From NCBI GenBank assembly GCA_963809385.1, contig CAWEJL010000005.1:586232-650231 (forward strand): a stretch of 64,000 nucleotides of DNA, written 5' to 3'. A program made the translations under genes and the position numbers. Source of the DNA: an uncultured Chloroflexia bacterium. GTDB lineage: Bacteria; Chloroflexota; Ktedonobacteria; Ktedonobacterales; JADMIN01. Numbering within the stretch: position 1 is the first letter of the stretch; each line of letters opens with the position of its first letter. Below, one piece after another: positions 1-9,541 of this stretch. The notes below the pieces were generated by a model. That model saw only the letters and a list, made by a program, of their open reading frames with translations. It searched no databases and had not been told where the DNA came from.

Positions 1-549
1 GGCATGCTCGAAGCTGGGCAGAGCGTCGCGGTGGTCACCGACGCTGGCACGCCCGCCATCTCCGACCCCGGCTTCACGCTGGTGCGCGAGGCCATTGCGC
101 GCGGGCTGGAGATGACGATGATTCCCGGCCCGGCGGCGCTGATTATGGCGGTGGCGCTCTCCGGTCTGCCGACCCACTCCTTCACCTTTCGCGGCTTTCC
201 CCCACGCAAATCAGGCCAGCGCCGCCGCTTCCTGGCGGTGGACCGCGACGCGCCGCACACGCTCATCTTCTACGAAAGCCCCTACCGCCTCGATGCCTTC
301 CTGGCCGACGCGCTGGCCGTCTACGGCGACCGCCGCGCCGCGCTGGCCAATGACCTCACCAAACGCTTCGAGTCTGTCCAGCGTGGTACGCTCTCAGAGC
401 TCCTGCGAGCCGTCCAGGCGGAGAAGCCGCGCGGCGAATACGCGCTGGTGATCGAGGGCGCGAGCGAACGCGCAGAGGCGGTCAGCGACGGCGGTGACGA
501 CGAAGACGATGCGAACGATAATGAGGGCGATGAAGGGGACGCGGAATGA
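1..549 (+). CDS. rsmI: 16S rRNA (cytidine1402-2'-O)-methyltransferase RsmI, C-terminal part; 5' end outside window
   Basis: Frame open from base 1. Motifs [19 protein letters not shown] and FYESPYR are typical of RsmI. Acidic D/E tail. Stop overlaps next start (ATGA at 546-549). Confidence 0.85.
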   Translation, partial: GMLEAGQSVAVVTDAGTPAISDPGFTLVREAIARGLEMTMIPGPAALIMAVALSGLPTHSFTFRGFPPRKSGQRRRFLAVDRDAPHTLIFYESPYRLDAFLADALAVYGDRRAALANDLTKRFESVQRGTLSELLRAVQAEKPRGEYALVIEGASERAEAVSDGGDDEDDANDNEGDEGDAE

Positions 550-1697
550 CGGCGGAGTCTACTGAGCGCGGCGCTGACGAGACTGCGACCGACCGCGCGC
601 CTGAGGAGCTACGTCTACCCCACGGCGCGCTGGCGCTGCCCGCCTTCCTGCCCGACGCGACGCTCGGCGTCGTCCGCTCGGTGGATGCGGACGACCTGCT
701 CGCCACCGGCACGCCCGCTGTCGTGATGAACGCCTACCACCTGATGCGCCGCCCTGGCTCCTCCACCGTCCAGGCGCTGGGCGGGCTGCACCGCATGTCC
801 GGCTGGCCGCGCCCGATCATCACCGATTCCGGCGGCTTCCAGGCCTACTCCCTCATCCAGCGCAACCCCAAGCTCGGCTCGATCGGCGCCAACGGCATCA
901 CCATCCGCGCCGAGGACAGCGACCGCAAGTTCCTGCTCACCCCAGAGAAGGCCATCCAACTCCAGTTGAGCTACGACACCGACGTCGCCATCTGCCTGGA
1001 TGAATGCACGCATGTGGACGCGCCGGAGGACGAGCAGCGCGCCGCCGTCGAGCGCACGATCCAGTGGGCCAAGCGCTGCCGGGGCGAGTTCGACCGCCTG
1101 ATCGCCCAGAAGCGCCTGCCGGAGGAGCGCCGTCCGCTGATCTTCGGCGTCATCCAGGGAGGCGGCTACCCCGACCTGCGCCGCCGCTGCGCCGAGGCGC
1201 TGCTGGAGATTGGCTTCGACGGCTACGGCTACGGCGGCTGGCCGCTCGACAGCCACGGCAAGCTGCTGACCGAGATCATCACCTACACCCGCGCGCAAAT
1301 TCCCGCCCGCTACCCGATGCACGCGCTGGGCGTCGGCCATCCCGCCAACATCGTCGCCTGCGCGGACGCGGGCTACAACATCTTCGATAGCGCCATGCCC
1401 ACCCGCGACGCCCGCCACGGCCGCCTCTTCGTCTACACCTCCGAGCATCCCGCGCTGACCACGACCGGCTCTGACTGGTTCCAGTATCTCTACGTCGAGG
1501 ACGAAAAGCACATCAAGGCCAGCGGCCCGATCTCGCCCTGGTGCGACTGTTACACCTGCTCGCGCTACTCGCTGGGCTACGTGCGTCACCTCTACAAAGT
1601 CGGCGATGGCCTCTACCACCGCCTCGCGACCCTCCACAACTTGCGCTTCATGGTCCGCCTGATGGACATGCTGCGGGAGCGGCGCCATGCCGGCTGA
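546..1697 (+). CDS. tgt: tRNA-guanine transglycosylase (Tgt) family protein, divergent substrate pocket
   Basis: 383-aa ORF with [36 protein letters not shown] and a C-terminal Zn site (CDCYTC...H). Translationally coupled to rsmI. Confidence 0.8.
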   Translation: MTAESTERGADETATDRAPEELRLPHGALALPAFLPDATLGVVRSVDADDLLATGTPAVVMNAYHLMRRPGSSTVQALGGLHRMSGWPRPIITDSGGFQAYSLIQRNPKLGSIGANGITIRAEDSDRKFLLTPEKAIQLQLSYDTDVAICLDECTHVDAPEDEQRAAVERTIQWAKRCRGEFDRLIAQKRLPEERRPLIFGVIQGGGYPDLRRRCAEALLEIGFDGYGYGGWPLDSHGKLLTEIITYTRAQIPARYPMHALGVGHPANIVACADAGYNIFDSAMPTRDARHGRLFVYTSEHPALTTTGSDWFQYLYVEDEKHIKASGPISPWCDCYTCSRYSLGYVRHLYKVGDGLYHRLATLHNLRFMVRLMDMLRERRHAG

Positions 1698-2522
1698 GCC
1701 GCCGCCGGACCCGCTCGACGCGCTGGTGGCGCAGGTCCTCGCCAGCCCGAAGTATCGCGCCGTCAGCCCCGACCTCGTCCGGCGCGCGGGGGCGATTGAG
1801 ATGGCGAAGGCGTCCAATCTCAAAGAGGCCGTCAAAGCCACCAAGAACCGCTTGCATCAGGTGGCGGGCGCCTACCTGGACGCCCCGCGCTACGACGCCT
1901 GGCTGGCGGAGCTACGCGTGGCCTTCGCGGAGAGCGAGCCAGCGGCGCGGCTGGCGCTGCGGCGCGTCATGGGCCGCCACGCCTCCACCCGCGAGCGCCT
2001 GCCCATCCTTGACGAGTTCTACGCCCAGACGCTGGCCGGCCTTGGCCCCTTCCACCGCGTCGTAGACCTCGCCTGCGGCCTCAACCCGCTCGCCATCCCC
2101 TGGCTGCCGCTGGCCGATGGCGCGGAGTACCTCGCCTGCGACATCTATCAGCGACCTCGCCGCCTTCCTGAACAGCGCCTTCGCTCTGCCAGGCCCGTTC
2201 GCCGCCGTCCACGCCCGCGCCGAGACACGCGACATCCTCAGCGCCCCGCCCGATACCCGACGCTGACCTCGTCCTGCTGCTCAAAGCCATCCCCTGCCTG
2301 GAGCAGGTGGACCGCGACGCGGGCGCGCGCCTGCTCGCCGCCATCCGCGCCCCGCGCATCCTCGTCTCCTACCCGCTGCGCACCCTCGGTGGCCGCGCCG
2401 TCGGCATGGAGCGCCACTACGACGACTCCTTCCACGCCCTGCTCGCCCGCATCGGCGGCTCCCACTGGCGCGTCACCCGCCATACGTTCCCCACCGAGCT
2501 GGCGTATCTCATCGAGCGGTGA
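1687..2522 (+). pseudogene. 16S rRNA (guanine1405-N7)-methyltransferase, FmrO/Rmt/ArmA family, frame broken twice
   Basis: The three frame pieces join as ...VLASPKYRAVSPDLVRR...RHASTRERL...VVDLACGLNPLA...ACDIYQ | DLAAFLNSAF...SAPPDT | DADLVLLLKAIPCLE...ILVSYPLRTLGGRAVGME...TELAYLIER. This is collinear with RmtB-type enzymes. Frame 1 to 2 near 2152, frame 2 to 3 near 2257. Confidence 0.8.
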
Positions 2523-2606
2523 CGGTAGGTGGGGCGCATACGTATTATTACGCCGTACACTACTCGCGCGCGGAGATGCGCTGGAGCGAGAAAGCGTATA
2601 CACCTA

Positions 2607-3077
2607 ATGAACTCGTCAGTAGGAGCGGCCATCGCCACATATGTGTTGTTCACCGCGATTGGAATCATGGGCGCGTGGGATGGGCTTGTGCGACGGCGCA
2701 TCCGCATACGAAGAGGCATATGGTATGCGCCACTGAATCTGCGTGGTCTGCCCGCGATACTGGTCGGAATTCTCTGTCTGTTCCTACTCCTTCTGCTGTT
2801 CAGATTAGCTGTTCCAGCAGTTCGGGCGACGGTCACGGGATGCAATGACCCGCTGTGCGCCGTCAGCCGGGTAGTCGTTCCACCCTTCACGAACCCTATC
2901 GCCGCCATCGTCATCGTGACGTCGGTACTTCGTGTTCGCCATGTGGCTGTCTGGAATCAAGGACCACGACGGGCCTTTTCGGTCATACCTGCTCGCGCCG
3001 GGGGTCTGGTATCACGAACGGGAAGTAGTGGCGCTCGTTCAGCAGCGCGAACAGAAGGCGCACAAGACTTCTGTTGA
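2607..3077 (+). CDS. hypothetical membrane protein (3' end uncertain, may continue in ORF 2932..3354 after a frame change near 2930)
   Basis: ATG at 2607. Hydrophobic stretches AAIATYVLFTAIGIMGAW, LPAILVGILCLFLLLLLF and IAAIVIVTSVL. Locally lower GC. No family recognised. Confidence 0.3.
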   Translation: MNSSVGAAIATYVLFTAIGIMGAWDGLVRRRIRIRRGIWYAPLNLRGLPAILVGILCLFLLLLLFRLAVPAVRATVTGCNDPLCAVSRVVVPPFTNPIAAIVIVTSVLRVRHVAVWNQGPRRAFSVIPARAGGLVSRTGSSGARSAARTEGAQDFC

Positions 3078-3354
3078 GGTGGATACCATCCTAGCGGCAT
3101 CTGACCGCGTTCTCCGGGTTCTGCATGGCGTCTCGCCCACAATGGATAGGTCTGGGCCAACAGGCGAGCCGCTCACACGCGACTCGGCGATCAGATGGGT
3201 CGTTCGGACTGCGAGCGCGCGCCGCCGCAATGGCTCAGCCGCGCCAGCGCGTCCCTTCATCGTGGAAACCATCGCTGGCTACGCGATTGACCGGCTGGAG
3301 GCGGCCGAGCGCCGCTGGCCCTGGCGCCGCCGCTTGCTCACGATACTCCCCTGA
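2932..3354 (+). CDS. hypothetical protein, or 3' part of the preceding membrane protein
   Basis: 140-aa ORF. Joining ...IVIVTSVL to FVFAMWLSGI would give one continuous TM helix. No recognisable domain. Confidence 0.25.
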   Translation: MFAMWLSGIKDHDGPFRSYLLAPGVWYHEREVVALVQQREQKAHKTSVEVDTILAASDRVLRVLHGVSPTMDRSGPTGEPLTRDSAIRWVVRTASARRRNGSAAPARPFIVETIAGYAIDRLEAAERRWPWRRRLLTILP

Positions 3355-3729
3355 CCGCAGCGGTTCACCCACCCAAGCGGAACACACCGCAACTCGGCGG
3401 AGACCTTGACGCGCTTTCCTGTTCAGCCCGCCATTATCAGGCTCATGCGCTCCGGCGCCAGGAAGCGCGCGGCTGGCCACGCCAGAGCCGTGCGCAGCCA
3501 GATCAGCCAGGAACGCTAGGACGATCCAGGCCCAGGCCCAGCCTGTCACGCCATTCGCCAGCGCGTAGACAACGACATAGGTCAGCGCCGTGATGGGGAG
3601 GAACAAGATCCCAAGCAGCGGCAGGAACCAGCCCCAAAGACCTCCATCGAAGGTGCGGTATACATAAGGCGTGAATATCCAGACGCCGATCAGCGCCAGG
3701 CGAGCCAAGCCCGCGACACCCCATCCCAT
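3235..3729 (-). CDS. hypothetical small membrane protein (3' end uncertain)
   Basis: The first ~85 aa are clearly hydrophobic (LALIGVWIFTPYVY, WFLPLLGILFLPITALTYVVVYALA, WAWAWIVLAFLADL). The tail overlaps convergent ORF 2932..3354, so one of the two ends is wrong. Confidence 0.4.
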   Translation of the reverse strand: MGWGVAGLARLALIGVWIFTPYVYRTFDGGLWGWFLPLLGILFLPITALTYVVVYALANGVTGWAWAWIVLAFLADLAAHGSGVASRALPGAGAHEPDNGGLNRKARQGLRRVAVCSAWVGEPLRSGEYREQAAAPGPAALGRLQPVNRVASDGFHDEGTRWRG

Positions 3730-4135
3730 ACGAAACCTCCTTGCCAGCGCGGTTCGTCAACGCGCCCGATCACCGCCGCCCATTTCATCGCGCCACGGAA
3801 GAGAGCGCGTCGTTCCGACGCCGCGACACACGTCGTTTCAATTCTTGAGCAGACGCCGCCGCACTCACCGGGCCATCTCGGAACCGTCGCCGCCGCACAC
3901 CATCGCGTCACACCGTCAACGCGACAGGTGAGCAGCGATAGCTGCGCCTATTCTCGTAACAGCGCCGCCGCCCGCTCCTTGACGCCCTATCGGACCACGC
4001 CTCATAATTCTCTTGGCTTGCCCCGCGCCGGAAAAGCGTGGCCATGCGCCGGGGAGCCGCCGCCGCTGGGCGGTCTGCCCGCCGCACGCGCCGCGCATAG
4101 CTGGGGCCTTGCGCCCCTGGCCTGGATGACAACCG

Positions 4136-5597
4136 ATGGCCTTTCAGGACCTCCGCGAGTTCATCGCCTTCCTCGAGCAGCGCGGCCAGTTGCGCCGCAT
4201 CACGGCGCCCGTCTCCGCCGAGCTGGAGATCACCGAGATCACCGACCGCGTTAGCAAGGCGGGCGGCCCCGCGCTGCTCTTCGAGAACGTCGAAGGCTAC
4301 GACATGCCCGTACTGATCAACCTGTTCGGCAGCCCAGAGCGCATGTCGTGGGCGCTGGGCGTCAACTCGCTCGATGAGCTGGGCGACCGCATCAAGCGCT
4401 GGCTCGACATCGTTCAGAACCGTCCGCCCGACGGTCTGATCGAGAAGGCCAAGCTCGCCCCAGAGCTACTGCGAGTTGACTCGCATTGGGCCGAAGACTG
4501 TCACCCACGCCCCCTGCCAGGAAGTCGTTCTCACCGACAACCTCTCGCTCGACCGCTTCCCGATCCTCAAGTGCTGGCCGCTCGACGGCGGACGCTACAT
4601 CACCCTCACCATGTGCCACTCCAAGGACCCTGTGACCGAGAAGCGCAACATCGGCATGTATCGCGTCCAGGTCTACGACGAGCGCACGGTGGGCATGCAC
4701 TGGCAAATCCACAAGGGCGGCGCGGCCCACTTCCGCGAGGCAGGGAGAGCTGAGAAGAAGCGCATGGAGGTCGCCGTCGTCATCGGCGCCGACCCCGCCA
4801 GCGTCTACGCCGCCAGCGCGCCGCTGCCTCCCGGTGTGGATGAGCTGCTCTTCTCTGGCTTCCTGCGCCACAAGGGTGTCGAGGTCGTCCAGTGCAAGAC
4901 GGTGGATGTCAAAGTCCCCGCCAACGCTGAGATCGTCCTCGAAGGCTATGTGGACACCGACGAGCTACGCCCCGAAGGCCCGTTCGGTGACCACACCGGC
5001 CACTACACGCCCGTCGAGCCGTATCCGGTGATGCACGTCACCGCTATCACGCACCGCCGCAACCCGATCTACGCCACCACCATCGTCGGCAAGCCGCCGA
5101 TGGAGGACGCCTGGCTCGGCAAGGCCACCGAGCGCTTCTTCCTGCACCTGCTCAAAGTCATCCTGCCCGAAATCGTGGACATCAATATGCCGATCGAGGG
5201 CGGCTTCCACAATGTCGTCATCGTCTCGATCCGCAAGCGCTACCCCGGCCAGGCCAAGAAGGTGATGGCGGGTATCTGGGGCATGATGCTGATGATGCTC
5301 TCGAAGTTCATCATCGTCGTGGATGAGGATGTCAACGTCCAGAACCTCCACGAGGTACTCTTCCGCGTTGGGAATAACGTGGATCCCCGGCGTGATACGA
5401 TGACGGTGGACGGCCCGGTGGACGCGCTCGACCACTCTTCACCCTACGAAAAGTACGGCTCGAAGATGGGCCTCGACGCGACCGCCAAGCTACCAGAGGA
5501 AGGACACCCGCGCCCCTGGCCGCCCGATATCGAGATGTCCCCTGAGGTCAAGGCGCTAGTCACGAAGCGCTGGGCGGAGTACGGCATTCAGCTATGA
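4136..5597 (+). pseudogene. UbiD family decarboxylase, one frame break near 4475
   Basis: 4136.. gives MAFQDLREFIAFLEQRGQL...PELLRV. It continues in the frame of ORF 4476..5597: IGPKTVTHAPCQEVV...KCWPLDGGRYITL...GPFGDHTGHY. Collinear with UbiD/menaquinone-decarboxylase proteins. Confidence 0.85.
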
Positions 5598-6772
5598 AGC
5601 TGCTCAAGCGAACAGACGAAAAGATCGCGAACGACCCTGACAGCCCGCGCGAATCTGGCTGGCGGCGGCGGCTGCGTGGCCGCGAGGGTGACACCTGGGT
5701 CATGCTGGGCATGCTGGTGGTTGGGCTGATCACCGTCGCGTCGCTTTCCGGTATTTCCAGCGCGATGAACGCCCCCATCGCCACGCGCCAGGCGACGCCG
5801 CACGCCTCCAACAGCCAGGTGGACGCGCGCGGTGTCGCGCCCGCCAGTGAGCGCGTCTACTCACTGCCCAATCCCAACCCCGCGCTGATGAACCCGGCGG
5901 TAGACCAGCAGGGCCGCGTCTGGTTCGGCGAGATGGGCGCCAACAAGCTCGCCATGCTCGATCCCACCACCGGCAAGGTCAGCGAGTGGACGCCGCCTAA
6001 CGGCCAGTACAACATCATGAACGAGGTGGTGGACAAGCAGGGCGATGTCTGGTTCACCGAAGAGGCCGCTAACTACATTGGCCGTTTCGATCCCGCCACC
6101 CAGACCTTCAAGACCTATCCACTCAACACGGTCAAAGGCAAGAGCGCCGGCCCCGAGGCCATCGCGCTCGACGCCCAGGGAAATATCTGGTTCACTGAGG
6201 TCAACGCGGGCGCGCTGGGGCGACTGGACCCCACCAGCGGCAAACTCACCGTCTACCCGCTGCCAACCACCCCGCTCGGCGGCCCGGCGTTCCCCTACGC
6301 GCTGACCATCACGCCTGATGGCCGTGTCTGGTACGGCGACCTGAGCGGCGGCTCGGTGGGCTGGCTCGACCCCGCCACCGGCACAGTGACACAGTATCCC
6401 ACGCCCGACCCCAAGGCCGAGGTCTACACCATGACGGTCGGCCCCGACGGCGCCGTCTGGTACACCGAACTGCTGGCCAACACCATCGGGCGCATTGATC
6501 CTGCCACCGACAAGATCACCCAGATCACCGTTCCTTCGACCGCTGGAGCCCCCGCCACGCTCTACAGCCTCATCACCCGCGACAACGCCCTCTGGCTCAC
6601 CAGCACCGGCGCCAACGCCCTCGTGCGCTACATCCCGGCCACCAACCAGTTCAGCTTCTACACCCTCAAGCAGCCGCAGAGCGTCCCCTTCGGCCTGGCC
6701 CTCGCCCCCGACGGCGCGCTCTGGTTCACCGCCGACGGCGTCCCCAACTACGTCGGGGTGGTGCGCCCATAG
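5594..6772 (+). CDS. membrane-anchored seven-blade beta-propeller protein, Vgb (streptogramin lyase)-like repeats
   Basis: N-terminal TM (VMLGMLVVGLITVASL), then seven repeats of the type G.VWFTE...N.IGRxDP.T...T.YP. ATG overlaps the ubiD stop (ATGA). Confidence 0.75.
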   Translation: MKLLKRTDEKIANDPDSPRESGWRRRLRGREGDTWVMLGMLVVGLITVASLSGISSAMNAPIATRQATPHASNSQVDARGVAPASERVYSLPNPNPALMNPAVDQQGRVWFGEMGANKLAMLDPTTGKVSEWTPPNGQYNIMNEVVDKQGDVWFTEEAANYIGRFDPATQTFKTYPLNTVKGKSAGPEAIALDAQGNIWFTEVNAGALGRLDPTSGKLTVYPLPTTPLGGPAFPYALTITPDGRVWYGDLSGGSVGWLDPATGTVTQYPTPDPKAEVYTMTVGPDGAVWYTELLANTIGRIDPATDKITQITVPSTAGAPATLYSLITRDNALWLTSTGANALVRYIPATNQFSFYTLKQPQSVPFGLALAPDGALWFTADGVPNYVGVVRP

Positions 6773-6778
6773 AAAAAC

Positions 6779-6820
6779 ACCCCCTCTCCCTACAGGGAGA
6801 GGGGGCCGGGGGGTGAAGGC
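6779..6820 (-). repeat. GC-rich palindromic repeat, family 1 (CCCCTCTCCC-taca-GGGAGAGGGG core)
   Basis: Perfect 10-bp stem at 6781-6790/6795-6804. Its reverse complement resembles the copies at 21386, 22957 and 23206. Lies between convergent stops (6772, 6826), so it may act as a bidirectional terminator. Confidence 0.6.
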
Positions 6821-6825
6821 CGCGT

Positions 6826-7737
6826 CTACTCCGCCGCGCTTCCCGTCAGCGCCGAAACGGACGCCGCCACGGGCGCTTCCTCGGCGGCTGGCGCCTCGCG
6901 CAGCGCCGCCGTGCGGCGCGCCTGGCGATTCATCAGATCCGGCGGGATGCGATAGACATCTTTCGCCAGGCCGAGCTTCTCCAGCGTCGCGATCAGCAGG
7001 CCAGAGAGGTCGAACTGCCACCAGCGGAGGCCGTGGAAGGCCGAGCGCGGGAAGGCGTGGTGGTTGTTGTGCCAGCCCTCACCGAAGGCCAGCAGGCCGA
7101 CGACCCACTCGTTGCGGCTGGCGTCGTTCGTCTCGTAGGGGCGCTTGCCGAAGGTGTGGCAGACGGAGTTGACGCTCCAGGTGACGTGGTGCGTCAGGAA
7201 CATGCGCACCAGCCCGCCCCAGATCAGCCCATGCCAGCCGCCAATCATGAAGGGGATCACCAGCGAGAGTCCCGCCCACAGCAGGAACGTCTTGCTGACG
7301 AAGTTGATGATCGGGTCTTTGACCAGATGGCGGCAGTAGACGTTGGGGTCTTCCATCTGCTTGGTGAAGAGCCAGCCAAGGTGCGCGTGGAAGAAGCCAT
7401 CCATCGGGCTGTGCGGGTCGCCCTCGCGGTCAGAGACGGCGTGGTGCTTGATGTGCGTCGCCGCCCAGCTCAGCGCGGGGCCTTCGAAGGCCATCGAGCC
7501 GAGAACCAGCAGGATGAACTTGACGACCGGATGCGGCGTGAAGCTGCGGTGGGTCAGCATGCGGTGAAAGCCGACGGTGACGCCGAGCGCCACGAGCGAG
7601 TAGCCCACGAGCAGCAAAATCAGATCAGTCCACGTGACCGACCGCTGCCACAGCGTTCGGATCGCCAGCGCGACACCGACGAGCGGCGTCACGACGATGG
7701 TCAGAACGGCGGCGCGATATGCGAGGGATGGACGCAT
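6826..7737 (-). CDS. acyl-CoA/acyl-lipid delta-9-type fatty acid desaturase
   Basis: His boxes HRMLTHRSF, HHAVSDREGDPHSP and NNHHAFP. Start chosen at ATG 7737 (MRPSLAY...) with GGAGGA 4-9 nt upstream. The track ORF extends to 8028 with non-protein-like text. Confidence 0.85.
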   Translation of the reverse strand: MRPSLAYRAAVLTIVVTPLVGVALAIRTLWQRSVTWTDLILLLVGYSLVALGVTVGFHRMLTHRSFTPHPVVKFILLVLGSMAFEGPALSWAATHIKHHAVSDREGDPHSPMDGFFHAHLGWLFTKQMEDPNVYCRHLVKDPIINFVSKTFLLWAGLSLVIPFMIGGWHGLIWGGLVRMFLTHHVTWSVNSVCHTFGKRPYETNDASRNEWVVGLLAFGEGWHNNHHAFPRSAFHGLRWWQFDLSGLLIATLEKLGLAKDVYRIPPDLMNRQARRTAALREAPAAEEAPVAASVSALTGSAAE

Positions 7738-7837
7738 GACTCCTCCAGAACCAGGTCTTTCGTAATTGGGTCTCAACAAGAGGCCCACTAGTCGCGTGGA
7801 CCAGTGAGTCAGAGCGATCCATGCCCGTATATGTTTC

Positions 7838-8398
7838 ATGAGCCTGACCATCCGTGAGGAGCGACCGATGAAGCGCCCGCCGCCCACGCTGTTCTTCCTC
7901 TGTGGCCTGCCATTCGCTGGCAAGAGCACGCTGGCCCGCGCGCTGGCCGCGCACACCGGCGCGCGGCACATCGCGCTGGACGCCATCAACACTGAGCGCG
8001 GCCTGGGTCTCGACGGCGCGGCGATCACCCCAGAGCAGTGGGACGCGACCTACACCGAGGCCTACCGACGCATAGAGGAAACATTGGCGGCGGGAGACTC
8101 CGTGATCTACGATGAGACTTGCTTCCTCCGCGCCCAGCGCGACACCGTGCGCGCCATCGCCGCCCGCGCAGGCGCCTGCGCGCAGCTGATCTGGGTCACA
8201 ACGCCCGAAGCCACCGCTCGCGCCCGCTTGCTGGCCAACCGCCAGACTAGCGCGCGCTTCGATGTCCGCGACGACAACTTCGCGCAGGTCGTCACGCGCT
8301 TCGAACCGCCCACCCCCGAAGAGCGCGCGCTGCGCTACGACGGCGCCAGCCCGCCGGAAGCGTGGCTCGCGCTGATAGGACGGACCGGCGCGCTATAG
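7838..8398 (+). CDS. P-loop kinase / AAA_33-like ATPase
   Basis: Walker A GLPFAGKST. Size and layout match small predicted kinases. Start may instead be the internal M at 7868. Confidence 0.6.
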   Translation: MSLTIREERPMKRPPPTLFFLCGLPFAGKSTLARALAAHTGARHIALDAINTERGLGLDGAAITPEQWDATYTEAYRRIEETLAAGDSVIYDETCFLRAQRDTVRAIAARAGACAQLIWVTTPEATARARLLANRQTSARFDVRDDNFAQVVTRFEPPTPEERALRYDGASPPEAWLALIGRTGAL

Positions 8399-8491
8399 TC
8401 GCGTATGGCGCGACCCATGCTACAATGGAGGCGGAGCGCGCGACCGGCACCTCGCGAAGGCTGGCGCGTCAGCGGATGAGGATGCGCGGGC

Positions 8492-9400
8492 ATGCGAAAG
8501 AAGACCATCAGCCAGAGTCAGAGCACACGTTCCCCAGCTAGGCCAGCCCTCCAGACCCCGGTGGGGATCTTCGATTCTGGCGTCGGCGGCCTCACCATCC
8601 TGCGCGAGCTGCTGCGCGAGCTGCCATCTGAGCGCTACGTCTACTTCGGCGACACCGGCAACTGTCCCTACGGCGTGCGCCCGCAGGAGGAGATCACCCA
8701 GCTCTCGCTCAACGCCGCCGCGTTCCTGCTCGACCGTGGCGCCAAGCTGATCGTCGTCGCCTGCAATACCGCCTCCAGCGCCGCGATTCACGTCCTGCGC
8801 AAGACCTACCCCCAGACCAAGTTCATCGCTGTCGTGCCAGCCGTCAAGCCCGCCGCCGCGATGACCCACACGGGCCGCGTCGCCGTCGCCGCCACCAACT
8901 CATCCGCCCAGAGCGACTACCTGCGCGGCCTCATCACCCAGTTCGCGAACGGCGCCGAGGTCTACTCCGGTTGGCTGCCAGCGGCTGGTCGCGCTGGCCG
9001 AAGAGGGTCTGCTCGATGGCCCAGAGGTCGAGCGACAGATACGCGCGGACATCGGTCCACTGCTGGCGCGCGGTATAGATGTGCTGACGCTCGGCTGCAC
9101 CCACTTCCCCGCCATGCGCGCCGCGTTCGAGCGCGTCTGCGGCCCCAGCGTGCGCGTGATTGACTCTGGCGAGGCCGTCGCCCGCCGGACGCGCGTCGTA
9201 CTCCGCGAGCAGGGCTTGCTGGCTACGCCCGACGGCGGGCCAGCTCACCGCGCCGCGCGCCCGTCACCGCCGCCGACGAGTTCTGGCGCAGCGGTCCCGA
9301 CGGAGCCTTCGACCGGGTAGCCGCCGCGATCCTTGGCGGCAAGCCGCGCTCCCGACTCGCCGAGGGCATGCTACTCTCCAGCGTCTCTCGCGCGGGCTAG
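8492..9400 (+). pseudogene. murI: glutamate racemase MurI, two frame breaks (near 8969 and near 9250)
   Basis: GIFDSGVGGLT...VVACNTASS...AEVYS | VGCQRLVALAEEGLLDG...VLTLGCTHFP...VIDSG | ...EFWRSGPDGAFDRVAAAILGG. The first and last pieces are in the same frame and the middle piece is shifted by one. Confidence 0.85.
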
Positions 9401-9429
9401 CCGCCGGAACGCGTCACGCAAAACATAAG

Positions 9430-9481
9430 CGCTCCCCCTGGCGGAGGGTGGCGCGCAACCACTCTCACCCCAGGGGGAGCG
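9430..9481. terminator. long imperfect hairpin between convergent genes (possible bidirectional terminator or REP-like element)
   Basis: CGCTCCCCCTGG (9430-9441) pairs perfectly with CCAGGGGGAGCG (9470-9481). Inner GAGGGTGG/CCACTCTC pairs with one mismatch. No U-tract. Confidence 0.4.
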
Positions 9482-9541
9482 ACTGAAGCGACTGGGCGTC
9501 GCCTGGGGCCGGGTGGCCCCGCTAAGCCCAGTGATGATGCG

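Noticed and set aside
615-1844. 409-aa ORF on the minus strand opposite tgt
   Set aside because: It is antisense to a gene with clear family motifs. The translation is Ala/Gly/Arg/Val-rich with no recognisable domain, a typical shadow ORF in GC-rich DNA.
2140-2270. Programmed ribosomal frameshifting as the explanation for the split genes
   Set aside because: No slippery heptamer or downstream structure is visible at the sites I inspected. The breaks hit many unrelated genes. They look like single-base indels in short runs.
5861-7021. 386-aa minus-strand ORF opposite the Vgb-like gene
   Set aside because: Low-complexity G/A/R/V-rich text. It fully overlaps a well-supported repeat protein on the other strand.
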